From the IMG/VR virus record IMGVR_UViG_3300028735_000004, positions 64,001-128,000 of that record: 64,000 nucleotides of DNA; one strand, given 5' to 3'. The translations under genes were made by a program, and so were the position numbers. Below the pieces are notes generated by a model. That model had not been told where the DNA came from and did not search any database. It was given only the letters and a program-made list of their open reading frames with translations. This DNA comes from a virus. Its lineage: Duplodnaviria > Caudoviricetes. Shown here one piece after another: positions 23,101 through 32,319 of this stretch; position 1 is the first letter of the stretch, and every line of letters starts with the position of its first letter.

Positions 23101-24063
23101 AAAAATATTTTCTAAAGAAAAATTGGTGTCATTTAAAATTAAATCACTTATTTTTACTTGATTATTTTTTAAAAGTAAATAAGTAAAAGCATATTGGCTA
23201 TCATATTTTGATTCAAGTAATTGGTAGCCGTATTTTTCTATATCGTAAGTATATGGAGATTTATCAGTATAATTAAAAACTATACTATTTACTTTTGTAA
23301 TAAATTTTTTATTTAAACTTAATACAAATGTTTTTAAATTAAAAAATCCGTTTTTATTTTCTGAGGCCGTCTTTAAATCTTCAGAATAATCAATTCCTTG
23401 TAAAGTAATTGGATCAATTGGAAAATCATCAAAAGATAATGTTTTTGACAATTTTGTGCCAGTTAATTGTTTTCCAACTCTTATTATTTCGTAAGCGCCC
23501 TCTTCTGATAATCTATCAAATGGACCTCTACCTCTTGTCTTTTTTTCATCTTTAATTTCTACCGAGAGATAGTTTTCATTCTTAACTTGCCTAATATCGT
23601 ATAAACCTTTAGAAAGATTTATCGCTAAACTATCTATATATTTACTAATTACTGAAGTATTATCGGTGTTATAAATACTGTCTCGTAAATAATTATTTAT
23701 ATTAGTTTTTATAACATTATCATTTTCTACTGGACCAATAATTAAATACCTGTTAGTAATACCATCTTCAAATAATAAAGCATCTCCGTTTAAAGATTTA
23801 AATTTACTGTCAGATGTTGAATTAAAAGTTAAGAAAAATGCTGCAGATGGTGTTAAAGGATAGGAATTAATAGTTAGAATATCATCAACTACTGATACGC
23901 TTAAAACACCGGGATTATCTACACCTGGCGTCTGAGAAACAATGCTTACATTAGAGGTATCTATACTTAAAGCCAATTTTTCAGTAAATCTGGCTTTAAT
24001 TTCAGTATTACTTACTATTTCTACACCTATTAAACGAAGATTTTTCAAATTAAACACTCTCAA
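17107..24063 (-). CDS. Giant baseplate wedge protein (tail protein I / gp7-like) with LamG/ConA-like domains
   Basis: GTFESWIIP, HFVATSW, LFVDG, LDEVRIS, GTIEFWI, WHRVKAS and IDNLRIS LamG motifs. C-terminal LKPANSRSFIIY resembles the KPAH wedge terminus. No ATG is available; start is probably TTG at 24048 or 24063. Confidence 0.7.
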   Translation of the reverse strand: MRVFNLKNLRLIGVEIVSNTEIKARFTEKLALSIDTSNVSIVSQTPGVDNPGVLSVSVVDDILTINSYPLTPSAAFFLTFNSTSDSKFKSLNGDALLFEDGITNRYLIIGPVENDNVIKTNINNYLRDSIYNTDNTSVISKYIDSLAINLSKGLYDIRQVKNENYLSVEIKDEKKTRGRGPFDRLSEEGAYEIIRVGKQLTGTKLSKTLSFDDFPIDPITLQGIDYSEDLKTASENKNGFFNLKTFVLSLNKKFITKVNSIVFNYTDKSPYTYDIEKYGYQLLESKYDSQYAFTYLLLKNNQVKISDLILNDTNFSLENIFNISVKYQYKDTSISIDPTTIEVSTVLSSGRETLPPLKNIFNLKHAPITKANGKIGSVGDVVFYNLSAPPNSNVKHPAFLYEIPYRVDYLPSRVGEYAIDYETGTVYVYGESQEMSGTGATPPVIVYNYKYSFKEDIDYVYDESLLELVSLPNGNLKEISADISFSFENVLAKDIDYIANIHKEALNERIGNNLIALNALKAQNSPITNVFRIYNETSGELYKFVRFNNDKIYFSYNIPPNIQSLVRERASFDYVSNETLFINTIITTVDPNIKIFKILLNNNNIVGSSEDGLGFSENSTVNFSDLNIFVNELYFDNFISETDNLTRLNQVGYYQVDYKNGVIYCAVDINQDFNIGSVSYKRSYINTQYPHILSVEDLYYQFSSISQKEKTFAYSDIFDGSAYVENLEYLNERFLNNDQLYPYVLLNNKIGSFDNSEFVPGVSNNVKYIRGLYELNDLYNNIQPINFANAASASGKIVSVSSLDFEEYQIVQYDGYQYYITLNNPLYYLSPNISLNISVIKASDGYELWDNSGSYVLGNNLTLVLSGINNPQNGDYVVVNYSFTINDLSSLVIDYNKGDFYIDYTYLADEIVISYEYGDNVLDFRNSSALNPNEDYYVSYKVGALRDALLKNFGLLIDIPILSTFDTLFDRERYRDCLIAAMQSFISGPSLTAIKNIASIISHTPAEVKESAFTNWSLGYNLLSQEEIITSGDLNLLPSKYGSGVLIKNSDEYIKLPIAGNLKIEEGTFESWIIPEWNGLDNLADLTISILKNGVPLPENQIFIGAAEYHPSYVVENNKYVIKLNKNDRVDGTPNKYKDGVFIYYDKDLSGDFSRWYLAIQDGYDDGYIVKNYDITIETNGKFYDSKFTSVSKPYSGSLFTSVSKINYKITNDINPQQEITFLADTTHYILDYAENENKNRISLFKDETGYLNFKIFDSNKTSYLISSDISAWKAGEKHFVATSWKLNAKTGRDEIHLFVDGQEVPNIFKYGEKLKPYLHEKYRTINPEQIIGFINNNIVSSTDLSTTFGSNIVNSSINFGAYGINIGDTLYIEEEGFSTTGYNITFVNGNNLTLASVMPLTIQNGKFSVNKTSFSVKTPIDIYPNIAVSLLHTSLTNNDLQGTIGASIVYSSSSNFISSKINPGYLIKIDGLSDVYTILSVSANSLIINDTLPSSFSGTNFYIYKNEDEEIPGVRALHPAYEISESTDGYYNAVLTIRDKALINDIVLINTLGINNRRLKQKYYIWGNNANVIPTRLPPPVSLNDVKIYKVLLDRTAIGPSNSTLSFGVFNSNNLKTDQPSNTDSGRFLTVEINGTNIDFSTSVSVNIDGIRLNPISGLQENVIETLTFTDVGSLNTSNLFLLVNTVQVNCKPIDTSKDCLLLAVKEANAITYKDINTAYLADGYEIVSPVIRFSYQVSVGNTLYNDGSDGYVVRDENAHFSDTLIGNYLRIISPSAVAGFYNITGVSSDRMSLTLSQLSSSYPLPLTTFTDGVYEVLNLHTYSSGLQNGFFTFEEDRFAGIPYILTKGMYEFDYYTYLTIPFKSNIPYFYLGSSYDEKNQLGGILDEVRISSAMYSDVRIGEVVSSSKETITKHYNSVKPPKLTSNLIFYSTFDEKPFVNKADFYITSNHQYIQASEKVNDKFNQSICFTNAPLKFENLGILNKNEGTIEFWINTLFDSWNDIAYRFYFDASSVVSEKTTSVNNVEVKIKGRASKIVSVKLLYGDKDYDYFINGTISSDKQTIYLRKPLPSPNTPVIVSYEPTGTNGDRISIYKDPSGYINFNIRADSLDYQIRAPIFWTRNSWHRVKASYKVNGGLGKDEIRLFVDGYERGNVLFGSGLLLGQGVVMGSSYVGESSIISSITFKDTINEFYIGTDHSGKNGAFALIDNLRISNVSRPLYMPYGESLDVNYSSNTEIVLPVVEDLYTTLLLDFDKVIEKVEDFAKLRNDEIGLFDFTITVFDSFKLISQNDKLQEILEILVKKLKPANSRSFIIYK

Positions 24064-27000
24064 TATTAATTATAATATTATTTGCTAAAAAATATTCATT
24101 TTTTTGAGCAGTAATAGTTAAAACTTGACCAACCTCTCCTGTTTTATTAAAATATATTACCCGAGAACGACTTACTCCAGCTACAGATTGAGCTACACTT
24201 ATTAGATCTGAACTATTAATTGTATCACCAAGCACATTTGTATTTATAGCATTGGTAATTTGATCTTTTACATTCTGAACCACAGTTGTAGATGAGCTAA
24301 GGAAATCTGCTTTAATAACTATATTCATAGTAAGATCTATACTTAATGCATTTGCTGATTTTACTAAAACATCAGCATTAATGGGACGGCTACTTTCAAC
24401 TGTTAATGTAGTATCTCCAATTAATCTGTTATAATTATATCGTATAGTAATTCTTTCATTTTGTTTTGGCGCCAAATAATCATAAAATACCTTATATCTC
24501 GATCCTGTAGCAGGTTGATTAAAATAAGATAATGTAAATTTTGTAGATAAAGATGAGGAAAACCCTCCAGATATGTAGAATTTTTCTATAAATGCAAAAT
24601 TTTTATTTGTATATAACGATCCATTTCTTGTAAATTGAATATCTTCATACTGGTTATCTAATATATAGTAGAATGTAATTCTAAACTTATCTCCAATTTT
24701 AGGCTCGTTAGCAATATTTTTTGCTGTTGAAGGTAATATGAACTCAAAATTATTCAATGAAACATCATTTAATACTTCATCAGAATAATACACATTATTC
24801 TTGATTTTACTACCAATTAAATCATAATCATTTAATACTGATAAAACCTCATCATTTGTAGAAACTGAAACTTTTTCTAAATTAGTAATTCTAACTAATG
24901 ATAAATAAGATGATAACGAAGATACGGAGGACAAACCAAGATATTTCTTTAACGCCTCAATAACATTTTGTTTTAATCCATTATTGACTGCGGTAAATAC
25001 AATATCTGAAACTTTATTTAAAGTTTTACCCCTAACTGTTAAAATACCAGAGTTATTAATTTGATCTGACACAATAAGATTTAATTTAGATGGAGCTTGT
25101 CTTAAAGGTTTAGATCTAAAAAATAAAACATAAACTCTATCTCCAACTGACGCTAAAGTATCTTTTGGTAAATATAGTTTATAATTATTAAAATCAATAG
25201 AACAACTATAAGTCCATAAATCTTTACCATCTGCAATTCTAATAACTGAAATTTGACTTATATCTAAGTTTTCTAAATTATTTGCTATAACAATACTATT
25301 ATTTGTTAAATCATAACTAATAATATCATACATAGCATTATTAAACGGATATAAAGAATTTTTAATATTAACTTTCTTACCTAAAATATTCGAAATTGAA
25401 CTAAGAATTAAAGTGGGAGCATAAAATGAGGCTTGTCTATCGTTTATCAATGGAACTAAATAACCGTCTGTTCCAGAAAGTATAGATAAATTAGTAGTAG
25501 GATCAATTATGTCAAATGATACTGATGTTTCCGCTGTAAATTGATAAAATGGTATAAAAAATTTATCGGCAGAAAAATCATAATCTAATAACTGAATATC
25601 TCCTCTAATAAATGAATTTGCAAAAGTAAATGGCTGAGTTCTTCTTAAATCATCTGAATAATAAAGAACTAATACATTTTGTCCTATCGCCGGTGAGTTA
25701 AGACCGCCTAATATAATTTGATATGTATTATTTGTATCTGTAGTAATGGTGCCTTTATTATTTGCGTTCCATAATTCAACATTATCAATTAATCTTATTA
25801 TAGAAACAATATGTTTGTCAGTAATATTATAATCTGTTGATTTTGCGTTTAATGTAATAAAAAATTCATTAAATGCATTTTGCTGTATTACTTGATTTTC
25901 TTTAATTAAGGTGTTGTTAGCAAAATTATTTAAAAACCCAACAGTAGAATTGGTTATAAACCCATTACCCAATCTGCTTAAAGGCATATTAGCAATACCG
26001 CATACCAAAGCATCCTGTGTATTAGCAATATAATTAACCTTAATCATATAAGATGAAATTGTGGAGCTAAAATTAGAGACAGGAATAGTTATTTGGTTAT
26101 TAATAAAATTACCATTAATATTATTTACTTTAAAAACATCAGTTGTATTATAAAATACAGTAAGTCTTGTATTTTCGGTTGCTGCAGTATCTGTTGGTAA
26201 AATAATCGTAATATTATATTTAATTTGAGATCCAACAACAACTCTGTCATTAAAGAATACCCCATCACCTTCAGATGTATTATAAACCTCTAAATCAGTG
26301 TTTTGTAATTTTATGCTATCTATATTTAATAACTCAGAATTTAAAGCGTATAAATTAACCGCTAATCTTCCAGTAAAAGTGCCAGAAGAAACAACTGTAG
26401 TAATACCATCGATTTGATTAAATAAATTTGTAGAAATAACCGAATTAATATTATGTTTTACTGTTCCAACATAAAAAGTATTATCATTGTTTAATTCAAA
26501 CAAAACATCTTCTTGTCTGATTTGATTTGATAGACCCCAATCAACGCTATCTTCTACCGATCTTAAATTATCATTAAATGTAATACCGTCATAATCACTA
26601 TATCTATCATAATCTACAACCCAAGTATAATCTACCTGCAAAATATCACTTGATGATGGTAATGTGTTTCCGGAGATCTTAATTCTTCCAGTGGTATTTA
26701 GTGTGCCATCACCATCTGGGTTTTGATCCGTAATTAAATATCTCTCTCCGGTATTAGTATTAAAAACTCTTGTTATTGATGTCGCCGGAGTGTGTAATAA
26801 CTGAACTACAGATCTATCAGATGATACCTGGCTATTTTCATTAGTAATTAAAATATTTTGTTGAATTTTAGGTATAGCCAACACATCAGTAAATGTTAAG
26901 TTATCTTGTCCTGCAAATTTACCTTTAACTTTATCTTCTTGATATAATGATATACGATCTGATACCCATTTGAATTTATCAAACCCCCAAGGGCTACCGC

Positions 27001-28129
27001 CGTATAATCCTTCATCTTTAATTAATTCATAATTTCCAGAAACTCTACCAAGACTATCAACACTTTTAGGAACAAAATTATTTCCACTTAATGATCCTGA
27101 AACTTCAACTATTTCTTGTACTGGTTGCGCTGGTAAAACTGAATTTGCTATATTATCTATTCTTTTTCTATTAATAGTTTTATTAACATCATCTGCTATT
27201 TGCCCAAGAATATAATCATTTTTATCATCAGCTGGGTTATTATTATTACTTTTGTCTTGATAAATAAAACTATCTATATATTCAGCAATTCTATTTCCTA
27301 ATATGATAATATCTACCTTACCGCCTTGACCTTCTGACAATATTGTATAACTGCCGTCGTTATTCTTTTTAACTACCGTTCCATCTCTTGTCATTAATGG
27401 ATCGCCTGGCTCAATTACTAATGCATCTAATACGCTTGGATCCGATAAAGCAGTATTTCTATATCCTAAGCTGGTTCCAATATTTGAACCACTAAAAATT
27501 GCTAAAACTCTATTTCTAAAAGTAGCATCATCTTCTTGATCTGAGCCACCAAAAAATGGCAATGGGTTCATTACATTAGAAACGCCAGAAATAAAAGTTT
27601 TATTAATACTGTATTTAGATATATTGCCGGATGAACCAGGAGCTGTTGCCTGAACCGCAACTTCAACAGCATATTGATCTGAAATATTTAAGAAATCTAA
27701 ATCTGCTTGATATTTAGCGGCAAGAGATCTATAAGCATTTAAAGAGTTAGGATTAACTGTTATTGAGTTTAAAATAGCAAAAGTTGCTCCATTTGAAGCA
27801 TAAACCAAATCACCTTTAACCAAAGATACTGTGGCCGGAATAGAACTAAATGTAAAAATAACTGTTCCAGAGGATTTAACGGAACTTTTCCTGGTGGCAC
27901 CGAAATTTTTGGCTAATTTATCTAAATCACTACCGCTAACTAATCGTAAGGATTGTAAGTTTGATATTTTAGATAATTCGTCATATAGCAAGGATAATTG
28001 GCTTGCTGGCATTTCAACAAATAAATCTCTAATAACACTACCTGGGTTAAGCGTAGCATCTGGCTGAACTGTTTTAAAATAATCTAATAAATTTAAAATT
28101 ATTTCATTAGCACTACGAATATTTACCAT
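24050..28129 (-). CDS. Baseplate J-like wedge protein with large internal insertions
   Basis: PGSVIRDL...SGSDLDKLAKNFGATRK...SGTVIF, GGSDQEDDATFRNR, and C-terminal GDTINSSDLISVAQSVAGV. Confidence 0.85.
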   Translation of the reverse strand: MVNIRSANEIILNLLDYFKTVQPDATLNPGSVIRDLFVEMPASQLSLLYDELSKISNLQSLRLVSGSDLDKLAKNFGATRKSSVKSSGTVIFTFSSIPATVSLVKGDLVYASNGATFAILNSITVNPNSLNAYRSLAAKYQADLDFLNISDQYAVEVAVQATAPGSSGNISKYSINKTFISGVSNVMNPLPFFGGSDQEDDATFRNRVLAIFSGSNIGTSLGYRNTALSDPSVLDALVIEPGDPLMTRDGTVVKKNNDGSYTILSEGQGGKVDIIILGNRIAEYIDSFIYQDKSNNNNPADDKNDYILGQIADDVNKTINRKRIDNIANSVLPAQPVQEIVEVSGSLSGNNFVPKSVDSLGRVSGNYELIKDEGLYGGSPWGFDKFKWVSDRISLYQEDKVKGKFAGQDNLTFTDVLAIPKIQQNILITNENSQVSSDRSVVQLLHTPATSITRVFNTNTGERYLITDQNPDGDGTLNTTGRIKISGNTLPSSSDILQVDYTWVVDYDRYSDYDGITFNDNLRSVEDSVDWGLSNQIRQEDVLFELNNDNTFYVGTVKHNINSVISTNLFNQIDGITTVVSSGTFTGRLAVNLYALNSELLNIDSIKLQNTDLEVYNTSEGDGVFFNDRVVVGSQIKYNITIILPTDTAATENTRLTVFYNTTDVFKVNNINGNFINNQITIPVSNFSSTISSYMIKVNYIANTQDALVCGIANMPLSRLGNGFITNSTVGFLNNFANNTLIKENQVIQQNAFNEFFITLNAKSTDYNITDKHIVSIIRLIDNVELWNANNKGTITTDTNNTYQIILGGLNSPAIGQNVLVLYYSDDLRRTQPFTFANSFIRGDIQLLDYDFSADKFFIPFYQFTAETSVSFDIIDPTTNLSILSGTDGYLVPLINDRQASFYAPTLILSSISNILGKKVNIKNSLYPFNNAMYDIISYDLTNNSIVIANNLENLDISQISVIRIADGKDLWTYSCSIDFNNYKLYLPKDTLASVGDRVYVLFFRSKPLRQAPSKLNLIVSDQINNSGILTVRGKTLNKVSDIVFTAVNNGLKQNVIEALKKYLGLSSVSSLSSYLSLVRITNLEKVSVSTNDEVLSVLNDYDLIGSKIKNNVYYSDEVLNDVSLNNFEFILPSTAKNIANEPKIGDKFRITFYYILDNQYEDIQFTRNGSLYTNKNFAFIEKFYISGGFSSSLSTKFTLSYFNQPATGSRYKVFYDYLAPKQNERITIRYNYNRLIGDTTLTVESSRPINADVLVKSANALSIDLTMNIVIKADFLSSSTTVVQNVKDQITNAINTNVLGDTINSSDLISVAQSVAGVSRSRVIYFNKTGEVGQVLTITAQKNEYFLANNIIINIESV

Positions 28130-28136
28130 TTTTGCC

Positions 28137-28571
28137 TTATGTTAGATTATTTGCCGTAAATCCGGTACTTACCAATTTAAAAGCTTTATTGAAAACTTTA
28201 ATTAAAACTTCTATTAGCCTTGGGTCTACATTGTTCCTAATTATAGATATATCACTAATTAGCGCTATTTGTTCTTGAGGAGATACTTTTTGCCCACTTA
28301 TAACCTGTAATTCTTGAAGTTTCTTTAAATTCTCTAAGGCATTCTGTAATTGGCTACTGGCAAGGGTAAATGATATATTGTCGTCTAATACTGATCCTAC
28401 TAAACTTTGACCAATAGCAGAGCCGTACCAAGGTTGATATAAATTACTACCAGCTTTTGTCAAACATATTTTTAATATATCTTGAACTAATTTGTCTTCA
28501 TTTGTCGTAGTAACCAGCTCACCACTATTAATAACTAAATCTCCAGCAGATATTTTTAAATCAAAAGACAT
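28137..28571 (-). CDS. gp25/GPW-like baseplate wedge (sheath initiator)
   Basis: MSFDLKISAGDLVI...KLVQDILKICLT...QPWYGS pattern, size, and position before baseplate J. Confidence 0.75.
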   Translation of the reverse strand: MSFDLKISAGDLVINSGELVTTTNEDKLVQDILKICLTKAGSNLYQPWYGSAIGQSLVGSVLDDNISFTLASSQLQNALENLKKLQELQVISGQKVSPQEQIALISDISIIRNNVDPRLIEVLIKVFNKAFKLVSTGFTANNLT

Positions 28572-28623
28572 AATTAACCTTAACATTATACCAAATTATT
28601 AGAAAAATTTAAAATAAATATAA

Positions 28624-30213
28624 TTATTGGTTAAACTGAGGATCTGTATAATATTTTTGAACTATTTTATATATTTCGGCGGCTTTTTTCTCAAAACTTT
28701 TAAGTGCATCATTTACGCTTAATCTATTTACATTTGTTGCAGAAATTAAAGAAGTATATCTTTTAAAAGCATCGTCATCAATTAATCCTAATAAAACGCT
28801 TAAGTCAGAACCCCATAAAGCAGCTTGTATTACGAAAATATCAATTAATCCAAGACCACTAAACTCTCCCAAAAGCATTTCTATTTCTTGAAAAGCATTT
28901 ATTCCATCAAGACCAATTTTATTGCGTTTTTTAACAAGTTTATCTAATTGATCGGCGTAAAAATCATCAATATTATGAGTTTCTCCAAGAATTATATCAT
29001 CTATATTAGCAAAAGAAAATTTACCTAAATCGTTATTTTTTCTGCCAATTTTTAACTGAATGTCAGCCAAAATCTTCTTGTTTTTTAATTCTGCAATATT
29101 TTTTTCAATTTCTTTATTTCTGACAGTATCTCCATAATCAACATCATTTAAAGTTAAACCATATTCTGGACCAAATTTATTATTCGGTATTGGTTGAAAA
29201 TTAATTTTAATATTAGTATTATTAATAATATGTATATTTGAAATTAACGATTTAACCAATGCTCTAATTATATTTAAGAATTTTTTTAATATAATAAGAT
29301 CTGCTTTGTTTAAATCTTGTAATAAAACAGCTCTAATAGTTTCCTTTTCATCATCCAATGTTGAACTGTTTTGAGTAATTGCATTTAACGCATCATCAAT
29401 TACTTTATCCAAATTGTCAGTTGTTTCATCTTTAAAACTTGAATTATAATATTTAGTTTTAATTACCTTTTCAATGTATGGACGCCTAAGGATATCTGCT
29501 TCGCTTATCATAGCATCATTTTTAGATAAAAATGGCTTACAAATTAAATTTTTTAATGGAACTACTGTAAAATCAATTTTTGGATTAACGATAAATGGTT
29601 TAATAATATGTTTTGCTTTAAAATCCACTGTAATTTCACTTGACTTATCTTGAAATACTGATGTTTTAATAAAATTTTTGCTGGATACATTAAATAATTG
29701 GGCGCTAAATGCCTGAGGATCATTTAATTCAAGTATTTGATCTGAAAAATCTCTTACATAAATATTTGCCAAATTTAACGCCACTGCATTAATATCTTGT
29801 TTAGAAAAAATTTGAGAATATTTTTTATATATATCTTCTCTATCATTTAATAACTTAATAACATTTTTGTTTAAATTTCCCGCTATCTTAATATGTTTTT
29901 CGTATTTATCATTATCTAAATTAACATTTTTATCAAATCCTGGACTATAAAAATTATTATCTTTATCTACTATTGGAAATCCTATCATTCTGTAAAAAGC
30001 ATTACATCTGCTTTCTTGATAATCTGGAGAATACCTATCTCCGGCTCTTATTTCATCTATATTGTTAATGGTTAATGATCCAGATATATCATTTATATTT
30101 CTATGGCTTCTATAATTATCAATTTCAGACACTATTGTAGTAAATAAATTTTTTATATTTATATTTACAACATCCTGATCTTGATAATTAATTTTTTTAT
30201 CATTATTAACCAT
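28624..30213 (-). CDS. Hypothetical protein, helical, in baseplate cluster
   Basis: Intact 529-aa ORF translationally coupled (TAATG) to the upstream gene; no recognised motif. Confidence 0.55.
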   Translation of the reverse strand: MVNNDKKINYQDQDVVNINIKNLFTTIVSEIDNYRSHRNINDISGSLTINNIDEIRAGDRYSPDYQESRCNAFYRMIGFPIVDKDNNFYSPGFDKNVNLDNDKYEKHIKIAGNLNKNVIKLLNDREDIYKKYSQIFSKQDINAVALNLANIYVRDFSDQILELNDPQAFSAQLFNVSSKNFIKTSVFQDKSSEITVDFKAKHIIKPFIVNPKIDFTVVPLKNLICKPFLSKNDAMISEADILRRPYIEKVIKTKYYNSSFKDETTDNLDKVIDDALNAITQNSSTLDDEKETIRAVLLQDLNKADLIILKKFLNIIRALVKSLISNIHIINNTNIKINFQPIPNNKFGPEYGLTLNDVDYGDTVRNKEIEKNIAELKNKKILADIQLKIGRKNNDLGKFSFANIDDIILGETHNIDDFYADQLDKLVKKRNKIGLDGINAFQEIEMLLGEFSGLGLIDIFVIQAALWGSDLSVLLGLIDDDAFKRYTSLISATNVNRLSVNDALKSFEKKAAEIYKIVQKYYTDPQFNQ

Positions 30214-32285
30214 TAACTACCTGCATCCAAAGCAACATCACCCTCATCTCTTCTAACCGCAGCATCAGGTACAGAAGTAAGAACGAATGTATATAATAAT
30301 TCTTTAATAGACACTGATGGTAATTCGTTTATATTTGAAGGATTATTAAAAATACTAATATAGTTATTATTAAATGAAACTTTTATATTACCATTACCTG
30401 GTTCTGAACTGGTAATATTGGCTATAAAAGCACCATATCCATCATAAGCAAAATTTGATATCTCGCCTAAAGTAATATCTGCCTTTAATTTTTCCGCTAA
30501 TTGAGATGCGATACTTGAAGGTAATTTATTAATTAAAGTTGCACCATTATTATCTGCCAAAACAACTGATACTTGAATTGGAAGGGATGTAAATTGAATT
30601 GACGGATCTAATTCAAAATTACTTTTATAAGGGTTATATGCGTTTAATATAATGTCTAAAGCCGCTTGCTCTGTATCTTGTTGTAATTTACCTAAACAAT
30701 CTGTAATATCGGTTTGAAGCTTATCTGCAGTTTCGAGAGAGATATTTTCTCTAAAATTGTTAATAGCATTTAATACACATTGATTTGCTGCATCTATGTC
30801 GGGCAGCGGAATATTTTTAATAGCATTAAAATCTACATTTGAGAAAATAGTTGAATTTATTAAATTTTTATTCTGACTTACTTCTGGGATACATCCTGAA
30901 GTTATAAGTGATTCACCAATTAATACATAATGATTAATTTTAAACGAATACTCTACATCAGAGAATAAAATACCATCATTTACTAATGTTGGACTGGCTG
31001 AAATATTGTCTGGTAAATGAATTAATGTATTTAATGTTGCTTGATAACCGTCTGATGGAAGAACTTTCATTACCGTAGTTCCATCGTCCTCAAATACTAA
31101 ACCGCCTTCTAAAGAAACAGTTCCGTTATAGGGTGCAATTAAATTATTTTTATAATCTTTAACGCCATCTGTGGGTGGAGCTACCATTATGCAATTTTTA
31201 ATTCTTAAATATCTTGGTCCTAATAAATCTACTCTTCCAAATACAACTGGATCATAAAACACTCTAATATCAACAGTATATGGGGCTTGATCTGGCGGTG
31301 TATCTTTGCTGTAAAATTTAGTTAAAGGAAAGAAAATCTTTTGCTTTTCTAAATCTTGAGGATCGGTAATATTATTAAATTGCATCAATCCAGTTAATGC
31401 CGGATCATATAATTGCCAACTTTCATTTCGTAAAGAATTATAAATTGGTGGGAAGCCTGGAGGTAATGATAATCCTGAATCTACTCCAACTCTACTAAAA
31501 TATTGAAGAAATCCTGCCGAACCAACAATCTCTTTATTATTTTTAATAAAAGCAGGACAAACATCTGGGGTACAACAACCATCCGAAGAACTATCGCTGC
31601 AAGGAGGTAAGCTAAAATTAGCTAATCTTAAAGCATTGATTATTTGAAACAGTATTGCTACAACTCCTAATACTGCAAATAAATTTTGAAATAAACATAG
31701 TAAATCACCAATTTTTTTAGTAATTGCGAAAATACTATCATTATCTAATCTTTGAACTGCTTTACTTAAAATATCGATGTTTTGTTTGATTAAAAGAATA
31801 ATTGTTAATAATCTATCTAAAATATATGTTAATAATAACAATATTAATAATAAAATAGATAAAATCATTATTGGTAATGCAAATAATGGAAATAAAGCCA
31901 AAAATTCTGGCAAACAAACTCTAAAAAGTTTAGTTATTGCACTGGCTATTTTAAAAGGATTTGGTATGCTACAAACAACTTCAATTAAACATAATATTAA
32001 ATTTAATACCGGAGTAAAAAATTTATATAGCATTAAAAATGGCGCAAATTGACTTAATAAACTAACTACACCATCTAATATATTTTTGGAAAAAGTTGCG
32101 CTTAATGATGGTTTTAATATTCCCGGAGGTAATATTACATCTAAAGCATTAAAAACTTCTAATAAATCTTCAAAGGGTAAGGCCGGAAAAGGTATATTAA
32201 TTGCTAATGGCTGATGGGCAAAACCAGTAATACCAGGTATAGTTGGTGTTGTAATTTTGGTTTTATCTAACGGTTGGCAAGGCAT
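30213..32285 (-). CDS. Baseplate-associated protein with strongly hydrophobic N-terminal helices and a Cys cluster
   Basis: FLALFPLFALPIMILSILLLILLLLTYILDRLLTIILLI, LFAVLGVVAILFQII and PPCSDSSSDGCCTPDVCP; directly downstream of the spike gene. Confidence 0.55.
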   Translation of the reverse strand: MPCQPLDKTKITTPTIPGITGFAHQPLAINIPFPALPFEDLLEVFNALDVILPPGILKPSLSATFSKNILDGVVSLLSQFAPFLMLYKFFTPVLNLILCLIEVVCSIPNPFKIASAITKLFRVCLPEFLALFPLFALPIMILSILLLILLLLTYILDRLLTIILLIKQNIDILSKAVQRLDNDSIFAITKKIGDLLCLFQNLFAVLGVVAILFQIINALRLANFSLPPCSDSSSDGCCTPDVCPAFIKNNKEIVGSAGFLQYFSRVGVDSGLSLPPGFPPIYNSLRNESWQLYDPALTGLMQFNNITDPQDLEKQKIFFPLTKFYSKDTPPDQAPYTVDIRVFYDPVVFGRVDLLGPRYLRIKNCIMVAPPTDGVKDYKNNLIAPYNGTVSLEGGLVFEDDGTTVMKVLPSDGYQATLNTLIHLPDNISASPTLVNDGILFSDVEYSFKINHYVLIGESLITSGCIPEVSQNKNLINSTIFSNVDFNAIKNIPLPDIDAANQCVLNAINNFRENISLETADKLQTDITDCLGKLQQDTEQAALDIILNAYNPYKSNFELDPSIQFTSLPIQVSVVLADNNGATLINKLPSSIASQLAEKLKADITLGEISNFAYDGYGAFIANITSSEPGNGNIKVSFNNNYISIFNNPSNINELPSVSIKELLYTFVLTSVPDAAVRRDEGDVALDAGS

Positions 32286-32305
32286 TATTAAATCTTTCTT
32301 TTAAT

Positions 32306-32313
32306 ATATATCA
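32306..32313 (-). promoter_or_regulatory. TGATATAT putative late-promoter element
   Basis: Exact motif in a short intergenic gap 21 nt upstream of ATG 32285; recurs at 42988, 43687 and 47815. Confidence 0.35.
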
Positions 32314-32319
32314 AAATAT

